Source: Methanobacteriota archaeon
Lineage (GTDB): Archaea > Thermoplasmatota > Thermoplasmata > SG8-5 > JAGLSY01
Assembly: GCA_020696385.1 (NCBI GenBank)
Contig: JAEHCQ010000001.1
Location: 320,001 to 384,000 of the forward strand
Reading direction: 5' to 3'
DNA length: 64,000 bases
Shown: positions 19,977 to 30,231 of the stretch, in pieces
Layout: every line of letters begins with the position of its first letter
Position numbering within the stretch: position 1 is the stretch's first letter
Program-made: the position numbers and the translations under genes
The notes under the pieces: generated by a model
What the model was told of the DNA's origin: nothing
Seen by the model: the letters and a program-made list of their open reading frames with translations, nothing else
Databases searched by the model: none

Positions 19977-21434
19977 CTATGGCAATGTCCTGACCCGCTT
20001 GATGCCACGGTATGCGATAGCTCCAACTGCCACACCTGCTGTCGCTATCAGAGCAAGCTCGGCAATCGCATAAACAGGGTTGACAAAACCAATGCCGATA
20101 TCTAGGAACAGGGCATTTGCCACATAGCTGGGGTCATGGAAAATATCATGCCCCATCGGGTAGATATATCCGCCAAGGAATATGATGCCATTGACATATC
20201 CATCATCATTGTCCGATGGCCATTCTATATTCTCACCCGCATGGATCTGGAATGTCATGTTCTTCTCCTCCTTGTCCACTGTGACATTGCTCACCCAGCT
20301 CATGACACCTACTTTCTGCCAGTTATCCTTGAAGATCACCTCGTCCTTGGTCAATTGCTGTGCACCATCCGGAATGCCGTCCGTGGACATGATATCAGCA
20401 TGTCCACCTGTGAAGGTCTCGATCTCGGCTATCCCAGATGCGTTTTTTGTTGTAGCATTAAGGAATGCCACATCCAACCAGTCCTGAACAAAGGTGGGTA
20501 TGAAAGTTCCAAAGGCTGTGGCTGTCTCCAGCATCAGATAATTATCCTTGCTCTGATAATCCCAGTCCTTTATCCAATGGTCGAACTTGAATTCAGTTGT
20601 CAATGATTTACCAGCAAACTCTTTGGTCCCTGTCTCTTCAGAATTTATGACCTTGCTGCCATCATGCGTCACCCTGTACCACGGTATGCTGGCATTGAAA
20701 TCATCCACTCTGGTTCCCATGTGGAAAGTGAAGGCTACATCATGCGCTTTCCCATCTCTTTCCTCACCAGGCCTGGAGCCATCATCATTCACACCTGGCT
20801 CATTATCCCAGATCTTGGAGTAGAGCAAGTTCTTATTGCTCAGGGTGAATGTCCATTCCTTCTCTGTTGTTCCCACTGTGGATACTTCAGTTATTTCGGA
20901 TACATCCCAGCTCCTGTTAAGATCCAGGATCTTGTGTACTGGCTCGACAGATCCAATACTGAAATTAGAAAGACCACAGCCTGCATTGTCAAAGTCAAAA
21001 AGACCATTGTCAGCCCCGATCATCTCATTGTTCCAGGGATCGAGATATCCATCATCAGTGAACTCAATAAGAGCTGCCAATTTCTGAACATACACCGTCA
21101 GAACTGGAATACCTGTTTCTGGCATCATCATGCCACCACTCTCAGATCTTACTTCCGCTCCTCCCAGGAATCTTAGATGTGCTGATACTATGGTTATTGA
21201 ATTATTATGTGTCTCATTACCATACACGACACCGAACCATGCGAAAGCATTGCCCTTGGTCATATTGATCGCCACATAGTCTCCACCATCCCATTCCGTG
21301 GTTGTTCCAGTCTCTATCTCTATCATATCTTCAAGCTCTAGTGTCTCGGCCCTTGCCATCCCCGGAGCCAGAGCCCCAAAGCATAGAAGGAGGGAAAGGG
21401 ACATCACCGTAATTTTTGTCAACATCATTCTCAT
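19977..21434 (-). CDS. Hypothetical secreted, C-terminally anchored protein
   Basis: 485 aa; signal peptide; KFDHWIKDW and IFHDP motifs; C-terminal TM followed by basic residues. Confidence 0.75.
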   Translation of the reverse strand: MRMMLTKITVMSLSLLLCFGALAPGMARAETLELEDMIEIETGTTTEWDGGDYVAINMTKGNAFAWFGVVYGNETHNNSITIVSAHLRFLGGAEVRSESGGMMMPETGIPVLTVYVQKLAALIEFTDDGYLDPWNNEMIGADNGLFDFDNAGCGLSNFSIGSVEPVHKILDLNRSWDVSEITEVSTVGTTEKEWTFTLSNKNLLYSKIWDNEPGVNDDGSRPGEERDGKAHDVAFTFHMGTRVDDFNASIPWYRVTHDGSKVINSEETGTKEFAGKSLTTEFKFDHWIKDWDYQSKDNYLMLETATAFGTFIPTFVQDWLDVAFLNATTKNASGIAEIETFTGGHADIMSTDGIPDGAQQLTKDEVIFKDNWQKVGVMSWVSNVTVDKEEKNMTFQIHAGENIEWPSDNDDGYVNGIIFLGGYIYPMGHDIFHDPSYVANALFLDIGIGFVNPVYAIAELALIATAGVAVGAIAYRGIKRVRTLP

Positions 21435-21541
21435 ACCTCTGATAAGGACATTGCCGATCAGGGGGTATATAAGGCCATGAAGCAGTTTTCCTGCCCATTG
21501 TTTCCTATGTTTTTAAATAGGATGTTTACAAATGAAATAGC

Positions 21542-22387
21542 ATGAAAAAGGATGTTGAAAATGCTATGGGCGATAATATGGAAAAAGATTCTAGGGCTGT
21601 GGAAAATCCCATATCTTCTATCTTCGATCTATCCGAAGATGTGGCAAAGCAGGCTCCTGTGATCAAGAGCATGGTGAAATACGCATCTGCTTTCATCTTC
21701 ATATGGCTATTTGTTAATTTCATCCTGATGCTGGTCTTTCTGGGTTCTAATTTTCTCTTATTCCTGATAATGGTAGGGGTTTTCATAACTGGTATCATGG
21801 CCATCATACTCCTTCGAAGGATGAGCCGCTTCTTCAAGTATTATGTTGCCAGGCACAGGTCCATAACTGCTGTGAGGGAGATGGATCCAATGGTGTATGC
21901 ACCCAAGGGAAACAATGCTATTGAGAGGTTCATGACATTCCTCAGAGGACATAATAAGGATCTCTATGGCACGAATGTCGAGGTCGCGATGCCCGGGATT
22001 GTACAAGGCCAACTGGGGAAAAGCTACAGCTTTGACACTTATATCAAGGAATCTCCTGGAACCCTATGGAATATCTTCGGTCTGGGAAAACACGGCTTCT
22101 CCATCTATGTGAAATATTTCGATCATTCACCCACTATCAATGAGATCAAGGCTTTCAAGGACGCGGTCGAGGATGTGACTGCCAGGACCAGGGTGCCACC
22201 ATCAAGGGTCGTCGCTCTCTGGGAGAGGAAAGAGGATGAGATCCTGAGTGACGATACTTACAAATTCGTTATGGAAAATATGGTCAAGGGAAAGCATAGG
22301 GTGAGGACATTCGCTTGCTCAATGGAGATCGTTTCCGAGACCGATGGCACTTATGATTTTATTCCATATATGCCGTACTCTGCCTGA
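21542..22387 (+). CDS. Hypothetical 2-TM membrane protein with a soluble C-terminal domain (possible restriction-endonuclease-like fold)
   Basis: Two hydrophobic helices; VQGQLGKSYSFDTY...IYVK resembles a degenerate PD-(D/E)xK core. Confidence 0.65.
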   Translation: MKKDVENAMGDNMEKDSRAVENPISSIFDLSEDVAKQAPVIKSMVKYASAFIFIWLFVNFILMLVFLGSNFLLFLIMVGVFITGIMAIILLRRMSRFFKYYVARHRSITAVREMDPMVYAPKGNNAIERFMTFLRGHNKDLYGTNVEVAMPGIVQGQLGKSYSFDTYIKESPGTLWNIFGLGKHGFSIYVKYFDHSPTINEIKAFKDAVEDVTARTRVPPSRVVALWERKEDEILSDDTYKFVMENMVKGKHRVRTFACSMEIVSETDGTYDFIPYMPYSA

Positions 22388-22429
22388 TGTATTATCAAAT
22401 GCCTCTTGGTTTTTGACATTTCAGTAGCT

Positions 22430-22825
22430 TCATTTTGAAAAATCGAACCAATAAGGCATTTTACGAAACCTATAATGATCCTTTATCTGCTCTCTGTAAA
22501 GCTCCTTGTAAAACTCATTGAACTTCCTGGCATGAAGCACACCTTCCCTGGTTATGAAGATCTTGTACCTGCCATCCACCTTCTCCATCTTGATAAAACC
22601 ATCTTCCAGAAGTGCCTGGATGACCTTTTCCGTCATGTAATGATTGGAGCGAATTTCATGCTTGATATCTTCCTTGGACAGGGGGTGTGTGAACTCCTCA
22701 AGAAGCATGTCCAATTTTTCTTCCAATCCTGTCTGATAAAGGTCTATGCCCAGCTCGGATACCAGGCGATTGAGAACAAAACAAGAATATATCTTTGAAT
22801 CCTTGTATCTTCTCTCTTCGGGCAT
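22430..22825 (-). CDS. Winged-helix domain protein
   Basis: KVIQALLEDGFIKMEKVDGRYKIFITREG wHTH pattern. Confidence 0.65.
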   Translation of the reverse strand: MPEERRYKDSKIYSCFVLNRLVSELGIDLYQTGLEEKLDMLLEEFTHPLSKEDIKHEIRSNHYMTEKVIQALLEDGFIKMEKVDGRYKIFITREGVLHARKFNEFYKELYREQIKDHYRFRKMPYWFDFSK

Positions 22826-22905
22826 AACCCTTCAATGACATGCTTCGATAAAAGGATTATGGAATCATTTATTGAATATCTCCAAGCTTTATCATTTGGA
22901 AGACC

Positions 22906-23691
22906 TCATTTCAATTTCTTGACCCTTTTGCCTATCATCTTTTTGATATCTTCATAGGATGGGGGTGGCCCCTTTTGAGCGACCTTACCATCAATATACA
23001 CGGCATCCAGTATTCCCCATTCATGGAAGGTCGCCATATTGAAAGTATCGATTTCCTGAAAATCCACTTTATCACCGAATTCAACCGCCGCCCGCTTAGC
23101 TCTTTCAAAAACGATATTACTGGCTGGACACCATCCATTCTTGAATGCCATCACCGTGACCTTTCCTGGATCGGTCCGTGGCTTTTTCACCTGCTTGACC
23201 CATTTTGGAGGTTTCGCATCATCCGTGAAAGGCTTCCACAAGAGCACCGCCATGCCATCCTTGTCAACCGCCTTGTATCCCTGCTTCTTGAACCAACTGG
23301 CCTTCATCCAGAAAGGCATTGACACACCCCAGGCCGCAATACCCTTTGCGCCCTTCTGCATAGCATCTTCCTCGGCAGCTTTCAAAAGAGCCTTTCCCAT
23401 GCCCTTCTTCTGAAAATTTCCACGTCCTTCTTTGTAGCCATGGACCCAGACACACAAGATGAAGTAAAGATCATTGCCTTCGACATGAGATCTCTCGATC
23501 GGTAGATACTGGATCATTCCACCAATATTCTCCTCATCATCGGTGGCAAGCTTTGCCATGAAACCGGAATCCCTCATATTATTCAACCATTTTTCTTTGT
23601 GATTCCCAGATTCTTTCATCTCCTCGCTCCAGTCTTCAAGGCAGTTGCAGAACAGTTCTTCATGCTCAGATGATAGGTCAATGATCTTCAT
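22906..23691 (-). CDS. GNAT acetyltransferase with YoaP/thioredoxin-like C-terminus
   Basis: GMIQYLP, ILCVWV, QKKGMGKALL (acetyl-CoA motif), GWCP. Confidence 0.82.
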   Translation of the reverse strand: MKIIDLSSEHEELFCNCLEDWSEEMKESGNHKEKWLNNMRDSGFMAKLATDDEENIGGMIQYLPIERSHVEGNDLYFILCVWVHGYKEGRGNFQKKGMGKALLKAAEEDAMQKGAKGIAAWGVSMPFWMKASWFKKQGYKAVDKDGMAVLLWKPFTDDAKPPKWVKQVKKPRTDPGKVTVMAFKNGWCPASNIVFERAKRAAVEFGDKVDFQEIDTFNMATFHEWGILDAVYIDGKVAQKGPPPSYEDIKKMIGKRVKKLK

Positions 23692-23786
23692 TGGATGATG
23701 ATGTGTTTCCGGACTTAATAGTCTTTTGAATGGGGAAAGATATTAGAAAGTGGAGGCAATCTATGACCTATATTGGAGTTGAAATA

Positions 23787-24014
23787 ATGGAAATACATGA
23801 CAGAGTTGAAGCAGCCCTGGAAAAGGTAAGACCCGGATTGATGATGGATGGCGGAAATGTCGAGCTTGTCGAGGTAACTGACGATAATATCGTCAAAGTG
23901 AAACTTGTCGGAGCTTGCGGTGGCTGTCCAATGAGCCAGATGACCCTGAAAATGTTCATCGAAAAGGTTGTCAAGGAAAATGTTCCAGAGATCAAATCAG
24001 TAGAGAATATATAG
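23787..24014 (+). CDS. NifU/Nfu-type Fe-S carrier
   Basis: VRPGLMMDGGNVELV, LVGACGGCPMSQMTLK; start moved to ATG 23787 after GGAG. Confidence 0.92.
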   Translation: MEIHDRVEAALEKVRPGLMMDGGNVELVEVTDDNIVKVKLVGACGGCPMSQMTLKMFIEKVVKENVPEIKSVENI

Positions 24015-24099
24015 GATTAATTTTCCATTTATTCAATTGGAGCATAAGCTAATATCGATAGATATGTACATTTATCATTATCATTTCTCATAATTGACA

Positions 24100-24462
24100 T
24101 TATACATCATTCATCAATTTCTTCAGCTTCCTGTAGAATTCTTCCTCATCTATTCGGCCTTCTGAATAATATCTGTAAAGTTCCTTTGTGGCCTGCTGTC
24201 TCAGATGGATCGCTCCAACAAAGACCACGATAGCCATTATTCCAAAGGATAATAGGGATATGATCCCCCCTATCCTTCCAGGGGTCAATTCCCATGATGG
24301 CTCACTGGTCTCTTCAATAGGTGTTCTCATAAAAAACCCCTCCTCTTCTACATTCTCCTGCGGCATTGGCATCATCAGATACATGCCAAGCAGGAATATC
24401 ACTGTACATCCGATCGCTGCTAAAGCGAATAGTATAGATCCTTTCTTCATCTCTATCACCAT
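24100..24462 (-). CDS. Small 2-TM membrane protein with a SHOCT-like C-terminus
   Basis: Two TM helices; LYRYYSEGRIDEEEFYRKLKKL. Confidence 0.7.
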   Translation of the reverse strand: MVIEMKKGSILFALAAIGCTVIFLLGMYLMMPMPQENVEEEGFFMRTPIEETSEPSWELTPGRIGGIISLLSFGIMAIVVFVGAIHLRQQATKELYRYYSEGRIDEEEFYRKLKKLMNDV

Positions 24463-24472
24463 AACCTACTAT

Positions 24473-24527
24473 AGTGGTCAAAGTTCATAACCAAAATGAG
24501 GAAAAATGACCACTTACTGGTCACTTT
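24473..24527 (-). promoter_or_regulatory. 55-bp promoter/operator element, copy 1 (contains TGACCA-N5-TGGTCA)
   Basis: Reverse complement matches 30316-30370 at 48/55 positions, ungapped; TTATGAAC begins 28 nt before the ATG at 24462. Confidence 0.75.
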
Positions 24528-24581
24528 CACCCTACTCCCCCCTGTTCTTATTCTTATACCTCGGACGACTATCTTTACATA

Positions 24582-25805
24582 ATGGTGACATTAGATAAGA
24601 TAGTCCGATTGGCAAATGAAGGCCAATTCGATTCTTCTGGCCCGAAGATCTATGACCTGAACAATATCAATATGCAGAAGGTCAAGACACTGGGTGAGGG
24701 GACGAAACATGATATCTGCGCATCCACAGCATCAAAGCGGCAGGTGGCGGATGTCTCGGGCAGAATAGGAGATGTGGTGAAAGCTGGAGTATGCCATGCT
24801 TTCACTCCTGATGGTCGTTGTGTAGGGATGTTCAAGACCCTTTTCACGAACGCGTGCCAGCATGAATGTAAATATTGTCCAAATGCCACATTGAGCCATC
24901 GCCCGAAGATCCAGAAATACACACCTGAAGAATTGGCCAAGCTCACGCTCATGCTTTATCGCGGCAATTATGTAGAGGGTCTTTTTTTGAGTTCCGGTAT
25001 TGCTGGCAATGAGGATCAGACCATGGAGGATATGATCGAATCCGTTAGACTTCTCAGAGAGAAATATAGTTTCCAGGGTTACATTCATATGAAGATCCTC
25101 CCGGGCGCGTCCTATGAGCATATCAAGCAGGCCAGTGAGCTTGTGGATCGTGTCAGCATAAATATTGAAACACCTTCGAAATCATACATGAGCGAACTCA
25201 GCTCGACCAAGGATTATGACAATGATATTCTTCAGCGTCAGAAGTACATTCGCCATAATATTGGCAAGGGTCGATTTCCCGCTGGCCAGACAACCCAATT
25301 CATCGTAGGAGCGGCACAGGAAACTGACAAAGAGATATTCAAATCCATGCTGAATGAGTATGAGGAGATGGAGGTGAAAAGATCATATTTTTCAGCATTC
25401 AATTCAGTGAAGGGGACGGAGCTGGAGAACACGCCATCACAACCCCAATGGCGTGAGAATAAACTGTATCAAGTGGATTGGCTGCACAGGATATACAAGT
25501 TCCAGAATAAGGAGATAGAGCATGCCTTTGATGAGGATGGATTCCTTTTCAATAAGGATCCGAAACTGTCCATCGCTCTCAATATCATAGACTCAGCCAT
25601 AGATCCGAACGAGGCCACCCAGGAACAGCTTTTGAGAATTCCTGGTATTGGCCCAAAGAGCGCGTATGGCATACTGAAATTACGAAAAAGAGAAAGGATA
25701 TGGAAAAATGAGCAACTGGCTCGAATCGGGGTGGTGACCAAACGAGCCAGGTACTTCTTGAAATTGAACGGGTGGGAATACTCCTCGCTGGAGGATTGGT
25801 CATGA
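24582..25805 (+). CDS. Putative DNA modification/repair radical SAM protein with HhH (TIGR03916-like)
   Basis: CHAFTPDGRC, TNACQHECKYC, YVEGLFLSSG, GYIHMKILPG, AGQTTQFIVG, LYQVDWL, LLRIPGIGPKSA. Confidence 0.92.
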   Translation: MVTLDKIVRLANEGQFDSSGPKIYDLNNINMQKVKTLGEGTKHDICASTASKRQVADVSGRIGDVVKAGVCHAFTPDGRCVGMFKTLFTNACQHECKYCPNATLSHRPKIQKYTPEELAKLTLMLYRGNYVEGLFLSSGIAGNEDQTMEDMIESVRLLREKYSFQGYIHMKILPGASYEHIKQASELVDRVSINIETPSKSYMSELSSTKDYDNDILQRQKYIRHNIGKGRFPAGQTTQFIVGAAQETDKEIFKSMLNEYEEMEVKRSYFSAFNSVKGTELENTPSQPQWRENKLYQVDWLHRIYKFQNKEIEHAFDEDGFLFNKDPKLSIALNIIDSAIDPNEATQEQLLRIPGIGPKSAYGILKLRKRERIWKNEQLARIGVVTKRARYFLKLNGWEYSSLEDWS

Positions 25806-25842
25806 AATTAATGAGTAATATGAATTTCATGGAGTTGGTAAT

Positions 25843-26436
25843 TTGATAAGCCATGTGCCAAACGAATTTCTTCAGTATCTCAAACTTCACAAGGACTGCT
25901 CCCCATCACTAATGAACAAAGCATCTGGCCTATGTTCGCAACAGCTGGATGTTTCTACAGATTTGGAGCATATCAGGATAAGGAAAATGGTGAATAGCGT
26001 ACTGACGGAGATACATCTCATGAGGGCTTTCGTGCGGCTTTCCCCCATCGGTGAGAAGGTGCTTTACGGTTATATCAAGCCCAAGCATGACATCGTTCCA
26101 AGGGTGGGATATTTTCTTTCCAGGAGATTCCCGAACACGATAATCATACTGGGAAACAATACCAGAAGCTGGATATCCATCAATAATAATGGCAAGACCA
26201 CCAGATCCAAGGGCGGTCCACTGTCCGAAACAGTGGAGCGCGTTAAGGATCAGATGGCGGATAATAAAGAGGCAGATACTGAAGACCTGTGGAAAACATA
26301 CTATTGGAGCCAGTACATCGATGATAGAAGGAATGTCAAGTATCACAAGAAGAATATGCCCAAAAAACACATGGATGCGACCGGTATCAAAGTGGCTAGA
26401 AATCAAAACAAAATAACATTGGATGATTTTGAATAG
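25843..26436 (+). CDS. DUF4130 (TIGR03915-like) partner of the radical SAM protein
   Basis: EIHLMRAFVRL, PKHDI, RRFP, LWKTYY, RRNVK...NMPKK; adjacent to the radical SAM gene. Confidence 0.85.
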   Translation: MISHVPNEFLQYLKLHKDCSPSLMNKASGLCSQQLDVSTDLEHIRIRKMVNSVLTEIHLMRAFVRLSPIGEKVLYGYIKPKHDIVPRVGYFLSRRFPNTIIILGNNTRSWISINNNGKTTRSKGGPLSETVERVKDQMADNKEADTEDLWKTYYWSQYIDDRRNVKYHKKNMPKKHMDATGIKVARNQNKITLDDFE

Positions 26437-26472
26437 GCCTAAATTCTAATACGATGCACACTTGTAGATAAT

Positions 26473-27309
26473 ATGATGAAAGGAAAGGTAGTTATCATAA
26501 CGGGAGCCACGTCCGGCATAGGAAAGGAGACCGCCCTCAGCCTGGCAGAGATGGGAGCTACCATCGTTATAGCGGCCCGGAATATCGAAGCTGGAGAGAA
26601 GGTCAAGAAGGAAATAATCCAAGCCACCAAGAACAACAATATCGATTGCTTTCAATGTGATCTGACCTCCCTGGATTCAGTAAGGGAGTTCTGCGATAGT
26701 TTCAAAGAAAAATATGAACGTCTTGACGTACTCATCAATAATGCTGGCACTTGGGATTTTGAAGGAAGAAAAGAAAGCAAAGACATGATAGAGAATATCT
26801 TTGCAGTGAACTTTGTAGCTCCTTTTCTCATGACCCATATTCTTATTGATATGCTAAAGAAAAGTGCTCCATCCAGAATTATCAGTCTTTCTTCGGGCCT
26901 TCATACGGGCACGATAAACTTTGATGATATCGAGTTCAAAGAGGACTGGTCCGGGTTCAAGGCCTACCGCCAATCTAAATTAGCGATCATCCTTTTCACA
27001 AGGAAGCTGGCCAATGATCTTAAAGATGCGAGTGTGACGGTCAATTGCATCCATCCAGGAATGGTATCGACCAAACTGGGAAGAGATGCTGGAGGGGTTT
27101 CAAAATTGTTCTTCAGGGTATTCGGCAAAAAACCCAAGGTTGGAGCAGAGACATCCATCTACCTTGCCAGTTCTCCAGATGGAGGAACGATCACTGGTGA
27201 ATATTGGTACAAATGCAAGGTGGGCAAGGCATCGGATGAATCCATGGATCTGGAGGCCGCTGAAAGATTGTGGAAGGTTGGATTGGATTATATTGGAGCT
27301 GTGAAGTAA
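26473..27309 (+). CDS. SDR oxidoreductase (retinol dehydrogenase-like)
   Basis: ITGATSGIG, LINNAG, YRQSK, HPGMV. Confidence 0.93.
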   Translation: MMKGKVVIITGATSGIGKETALSLAEMGATIVIAARNIEAGEKVKKEIIQATKNNNIDCFQCDLTSLDSVREFCDSFKEKYERLDVLINNAGTWDFEGRKESKDMIENIFAVNFVAPFLMTHILIDMLKKSAPSRIISLSSGLHTGTINFDDIEFKEDWSGFKAYRQSKLAIILFTRKLANDLKDASVTVNCIHPGMVSTKLGRDAGGVSKLFFRVFGKKPKVGAETSIYLASSPDGGTITGEYWYKCKVGKASDESMDLEAAERLWKVGLDYIGAVK

Positions 27310-27310
27310 T

Positions 27311-27898
27311 ATGGAGATAACAGAGACATTCTATGCAAAGAACCGCAAAGAATGGCGGAATTGGCTAGAGACCAATCATGATTCCAAAAAGGAGATTTGG
27401 TTGATCAGATACAAGAAGCATACTGGAAAGCCAGTGGTGAGCTATGATGATTCCGTAGAGGAAGCATTGTGCTTTGGATGGATCGACTCCACTGTCAAAA
27501 GAGTTGATGATGAATATTATGTCCAGCGTATAACTCCAAGAAGAATGAAAAGTATCTGGTCAGTCCCAAACATCAAGCGGGTGAGGAAGATGTTGGACGA
27601 AGGCTTGATGACAGAACATGGGCTGGCCAAAATACCGGATGAGGTGATGGAAGCTGCTAAGACTGGCAATGTAATATCGTCGCAGACCGTGATACCAGAT
27701 GAGATACCGATGATTCGGGAGCTTGAAGAAGCACTGGCCGATAATAAGAAGGCCAGTGATACCTGGGACTCGCTGACACCGTCCCTGAGAAAGCGATATA
27801 TATACTGGATAAATGATGCAAAGAGGGATGAGACCCGCATTCGGCGTATCGATAAGTTGGTCAAAATGCTGGAAGATGGGAAACAAGAGTTGATGTGA
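27311..27898 (+). CDS. YdeI/OmpD-associated family protein
   Basis: WRNWLETNH, EALCFGWIDS, TPRRMKSIWS, AKRDETRIRR. Confidence 0.9.
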   Translation: MEITETFYAKNRKEWRNWLETNHDSKKEIWLIRYKKHTGKPVVSYDDSVEEALCFGWIDSTVKRVDDEYYVQRITPRRMKSIWSVPNIKRVRKMLDEGLMTEHGLAKIPDEVMEAAKTGNVISSQTVIPDEIPMIRELEEALADNKKASDTWDSLTPSLRKRYIYWINDAKRDETRIRRIDKLVKMLEDGKQELM

Positions 27899-27902
27899 TA
27901 TT

Positions 27903-28460
27903 ATGACAGGCGAACCAATGATCGTGCCCGATATTCAAACAGAGAGAATGACACTTCGCCAGCTGACAGAAGATGATATGGATTTCATCTTCGACATGTT
28001 CAGCAGGCCGGAGACCAACCTGTATGTGGCGGATGATGATGTCAAGACCATGGAGGAAGCCGTGGAACTCTACGAGACCTTCATCAAACCAAAACCATAC
28101 CTTTTCAGACTGGGCATGGTGTTGAAAGAAGATGGCAATCTCATCGGAACCCTGGGCTTATATGGAATAAACATTGAAGATAGAAAGGGGAAGTTGGGAG
28201 TCGATCTCTTCAAGGAGCATTGGGGAAAAGGATTGATGAGCGAGGCCGTGCAGGCTCTGATACGATACGGGTTCGAGGAAATGAATTTGAACAGGATAGA
28301 GGCCTCGGCAGACCCGGGTAACCACAGATCTCTCAACCTCATCAAGAGAACTGGCATGGTCAAGGAAGGCGTGAAGAGGCAGGTGGATTGGTATGAGGGG
28401 AGATTCCACGATGATGTGTTATTTTCCATACTTCGAGAAGAATGGCAAGCTCGTAATTAA
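27903..28460 (+). CDS. RimJ/RimL-type GNAT acetyltransferase
   Basis: TERMTLR, HWGKGLMSEA, LNRIEA, NHRS..GMVKEG. Confidence 0.9.
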   Translation: MTGEPMIVPDIQTERMTLRQLTEDDMDFIFDMFSRPETNLYVADDDVKTMEEAVELYETFIKPKPYLFRLGMVLKEDGNLIGTLGLYGINIEDRKGKLGVDLFKEHWGKGLMSEAVQALIRYGFEEMNLNRIEASADPGNHRSLNLIKRTGMVKEGVKRQVDWYEGRFHDDVLFSILREEWQARN

Positions 28461-28463
28461 AGA

Positions 28464-29084
28464 TCAAACCTTACCCCAGATGAACTTCCTGGCTCCATCG
28501 TCTGGAACAGTGGCGATGAAGGCATATAGGTTTCTCTTTTTTAGGTCTGGTAGGTCACCGATCTCCAATATCTTCCTTACAAATTTCAGAGCCGCGTAGA
28601 ATCTTGTTGTAAGCTCTTGTTGATGGTACTCATCCGCTCTCCTCGAACTGGTGATGATCGCGGCAAATATCTTGGGAGATCTGGCACTGTTCACCATCAG
28701 GAGTTTGGTAAGGTCCTGGGCGATCAGTCTTTCATCGTACATTCTCGGACCCTTCCATTCGACAAATATCGGAACATTATCCCTTATCACGAAATCAAAA
28801 TTACCAGCCTGTCCTCTATTCAGAGCAGCTCGTTGCGTTGTCTTCGGCCTGCCCAATCCGAATTCTTTCCAGGCATACTTCACAAGGGTCGGATGATTGG
28901 GTATGAGCATGGGTCTTTTCCACACATCGACCCCTTCCATCTCATAGTGCTTTGAAACATAATGCGAGAACTGGTGATGGAAATATTCTTCATTCAGTAT
29001 CAGTCCTCTCTTTCCAGCTCTGACGGTCTCTTCAGTATTGTCCAGTATCTGGTCAAAGATGGATTGTATGTCTCTTATCCTCAT
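28464..29084 (-). CDS. Hypothetical protein, possible PD-(D/E)xK nuclease
   Basis: LNEEYFHHQF...GNFDFVI...FVEWKG...QDLTKL arrangement. Confidence 0.6.
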   Translation of the reverse strand: MRIRDIQSIFDQILDNTEETVRAGKRGLILNEEYFHHQFSHYVSKHYEMEGVDVWKRPMLIPNHPTLVKYAWKEFGLGRPKTTQRAALNRGQAGNFDFVIRDNVPIFVEWKGPRMYDERLIAQDLTKLLMVNSARSPKIFAAIITSSRRADEYHQQELTTRFYAALKFVRKILEIGDLPDLKKRNLYAFIATVPDDGARKFIWGKV

Positions 29085-29181
29085 GATATCACTGTCCCCT
29101 GTGACTATATGGCAATATTATTATTAAATCATACCGAAGCGATTCAATAAACTCTTTATCACATTACTACAATCACAACCC

Positions 29182-30231
29182 ATGGTCCAGGATTTCAAAT
29201 GCCAAAGCTGTGCCGCTCCCCTCAAATTCGATCCCAGTGAGAAAGGATTGAAGTGTGAATATTGTGGGTCCACAGAGGTCATCATGGTTGAGAGAAAGGC
29301 CATTCTGGAACATGACCTTTTTTCTGCCCCAGCCAACATTGGCTGGGGCACGAATACCAAGAGCATCACATGCGAATCCTGCGGAGCGAAGACATCGGCC
29401 GATCTGAAGATATCCGGGAATTGCGCCTTTTGTGGTTCCAATTTTGTCAAGGAATTGGAACCAGATCCAAACCTGATAAGGCCAGAGAGTTTGATACCCT
29501 TTTCAATAGAGAAGGACAATGCACTGTCTCTTTTCAAAAAATGGCTGGGTAAGGGATTTTTCCGTCCATCCAATCTAAAAAAGCTTGGTAGACTGAAGAA
29601 CATACATGGTATCTACATCCCCTTCTGGACATATGATTGTAATGCCCACTCAAATTGGACTGCCATGAGCGGTTATCATTACTACGTCACCGAGACCTAT
29701 AGGACAGATGAAGGAACAAAGACCAGACAGGTTCGAAAGACGAGATGGGTTCCATCGAATGGGAGAAGGCAGGGATTTTACAATGATGTTCTCGTGCCAG
29801 CTTCCAAAGGTCTGGATCATGATCTTGCAAGTAAGATATATCCATTCCATCTCCAACAATTGACACCGTACAAGTCTGAATTCCTCGCAGGCTGGATGGC
29901 CGAGGAATATGCAATATCATTGCCTGAAGGATGGCTGGTCGCACAGAAAAAGGTTCGAAGTTCAGAATACTCCGAATGCTCCAGAGATGTCCCAGGCGAC
30001 ACGCATACAGGGTTAAGCGTACACACGACCCTGACTGATCCAAAATACAAGCATGTTCTACTCCCTGTCTGGGTCGCCTCCTATCATTATAAGAAAAAAC
30101 TTTATCATTTTCTTGTCAATGGACAGACTGGAGAGGTACAGGGCGAGGCTCCGATATCTTGGCTCAAGGTCGCAGCTGTGATCCTTGCTGTAGCGGGTGT
30201 GGTCATGACTATCTGGCTATTATCGAATTGA
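29182..30231 (+). CDS. Zinc-ribbon membrane-anchored protein (TFIIB-type ribbons)
   Basis: CQSC, CEYC, CESC, CAFC; YIPFWTYD, LLPVW, VNGQTGEVQG; C-terminal TM. Confidence 0.85.
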   Translation: MVQDFKCQSCAAPLKFDPSEKGLKCEYCGSTEVIMVERKAILEHDLFSAPANIGWGTNTKSITCESCGAKTSADLKISGNCAFCGSNFVKELEPDPNLIRPESLIPFSIEKDNALSLFKKWLGKGFFRPSNLKKLGRLKNIHGIYIPFWTYDCNAHSNWTAMSGYHYYVTETYRTDEGTKTRQVRKTRWVPSNGRRQGFYNDVLVPASKGLDHDLASKIYPFHLQQLTPYKSEFLAGWMAEEYAISLPEGWLVAQKKVRSSEYSECSRDVPGDTHTGLSVHTTLTDPKYKHVLLPVWVASYHYKKKLYHFLVNGQTGEVQGEAPISWLKVAAVILAVAGVVMTIWLLSN

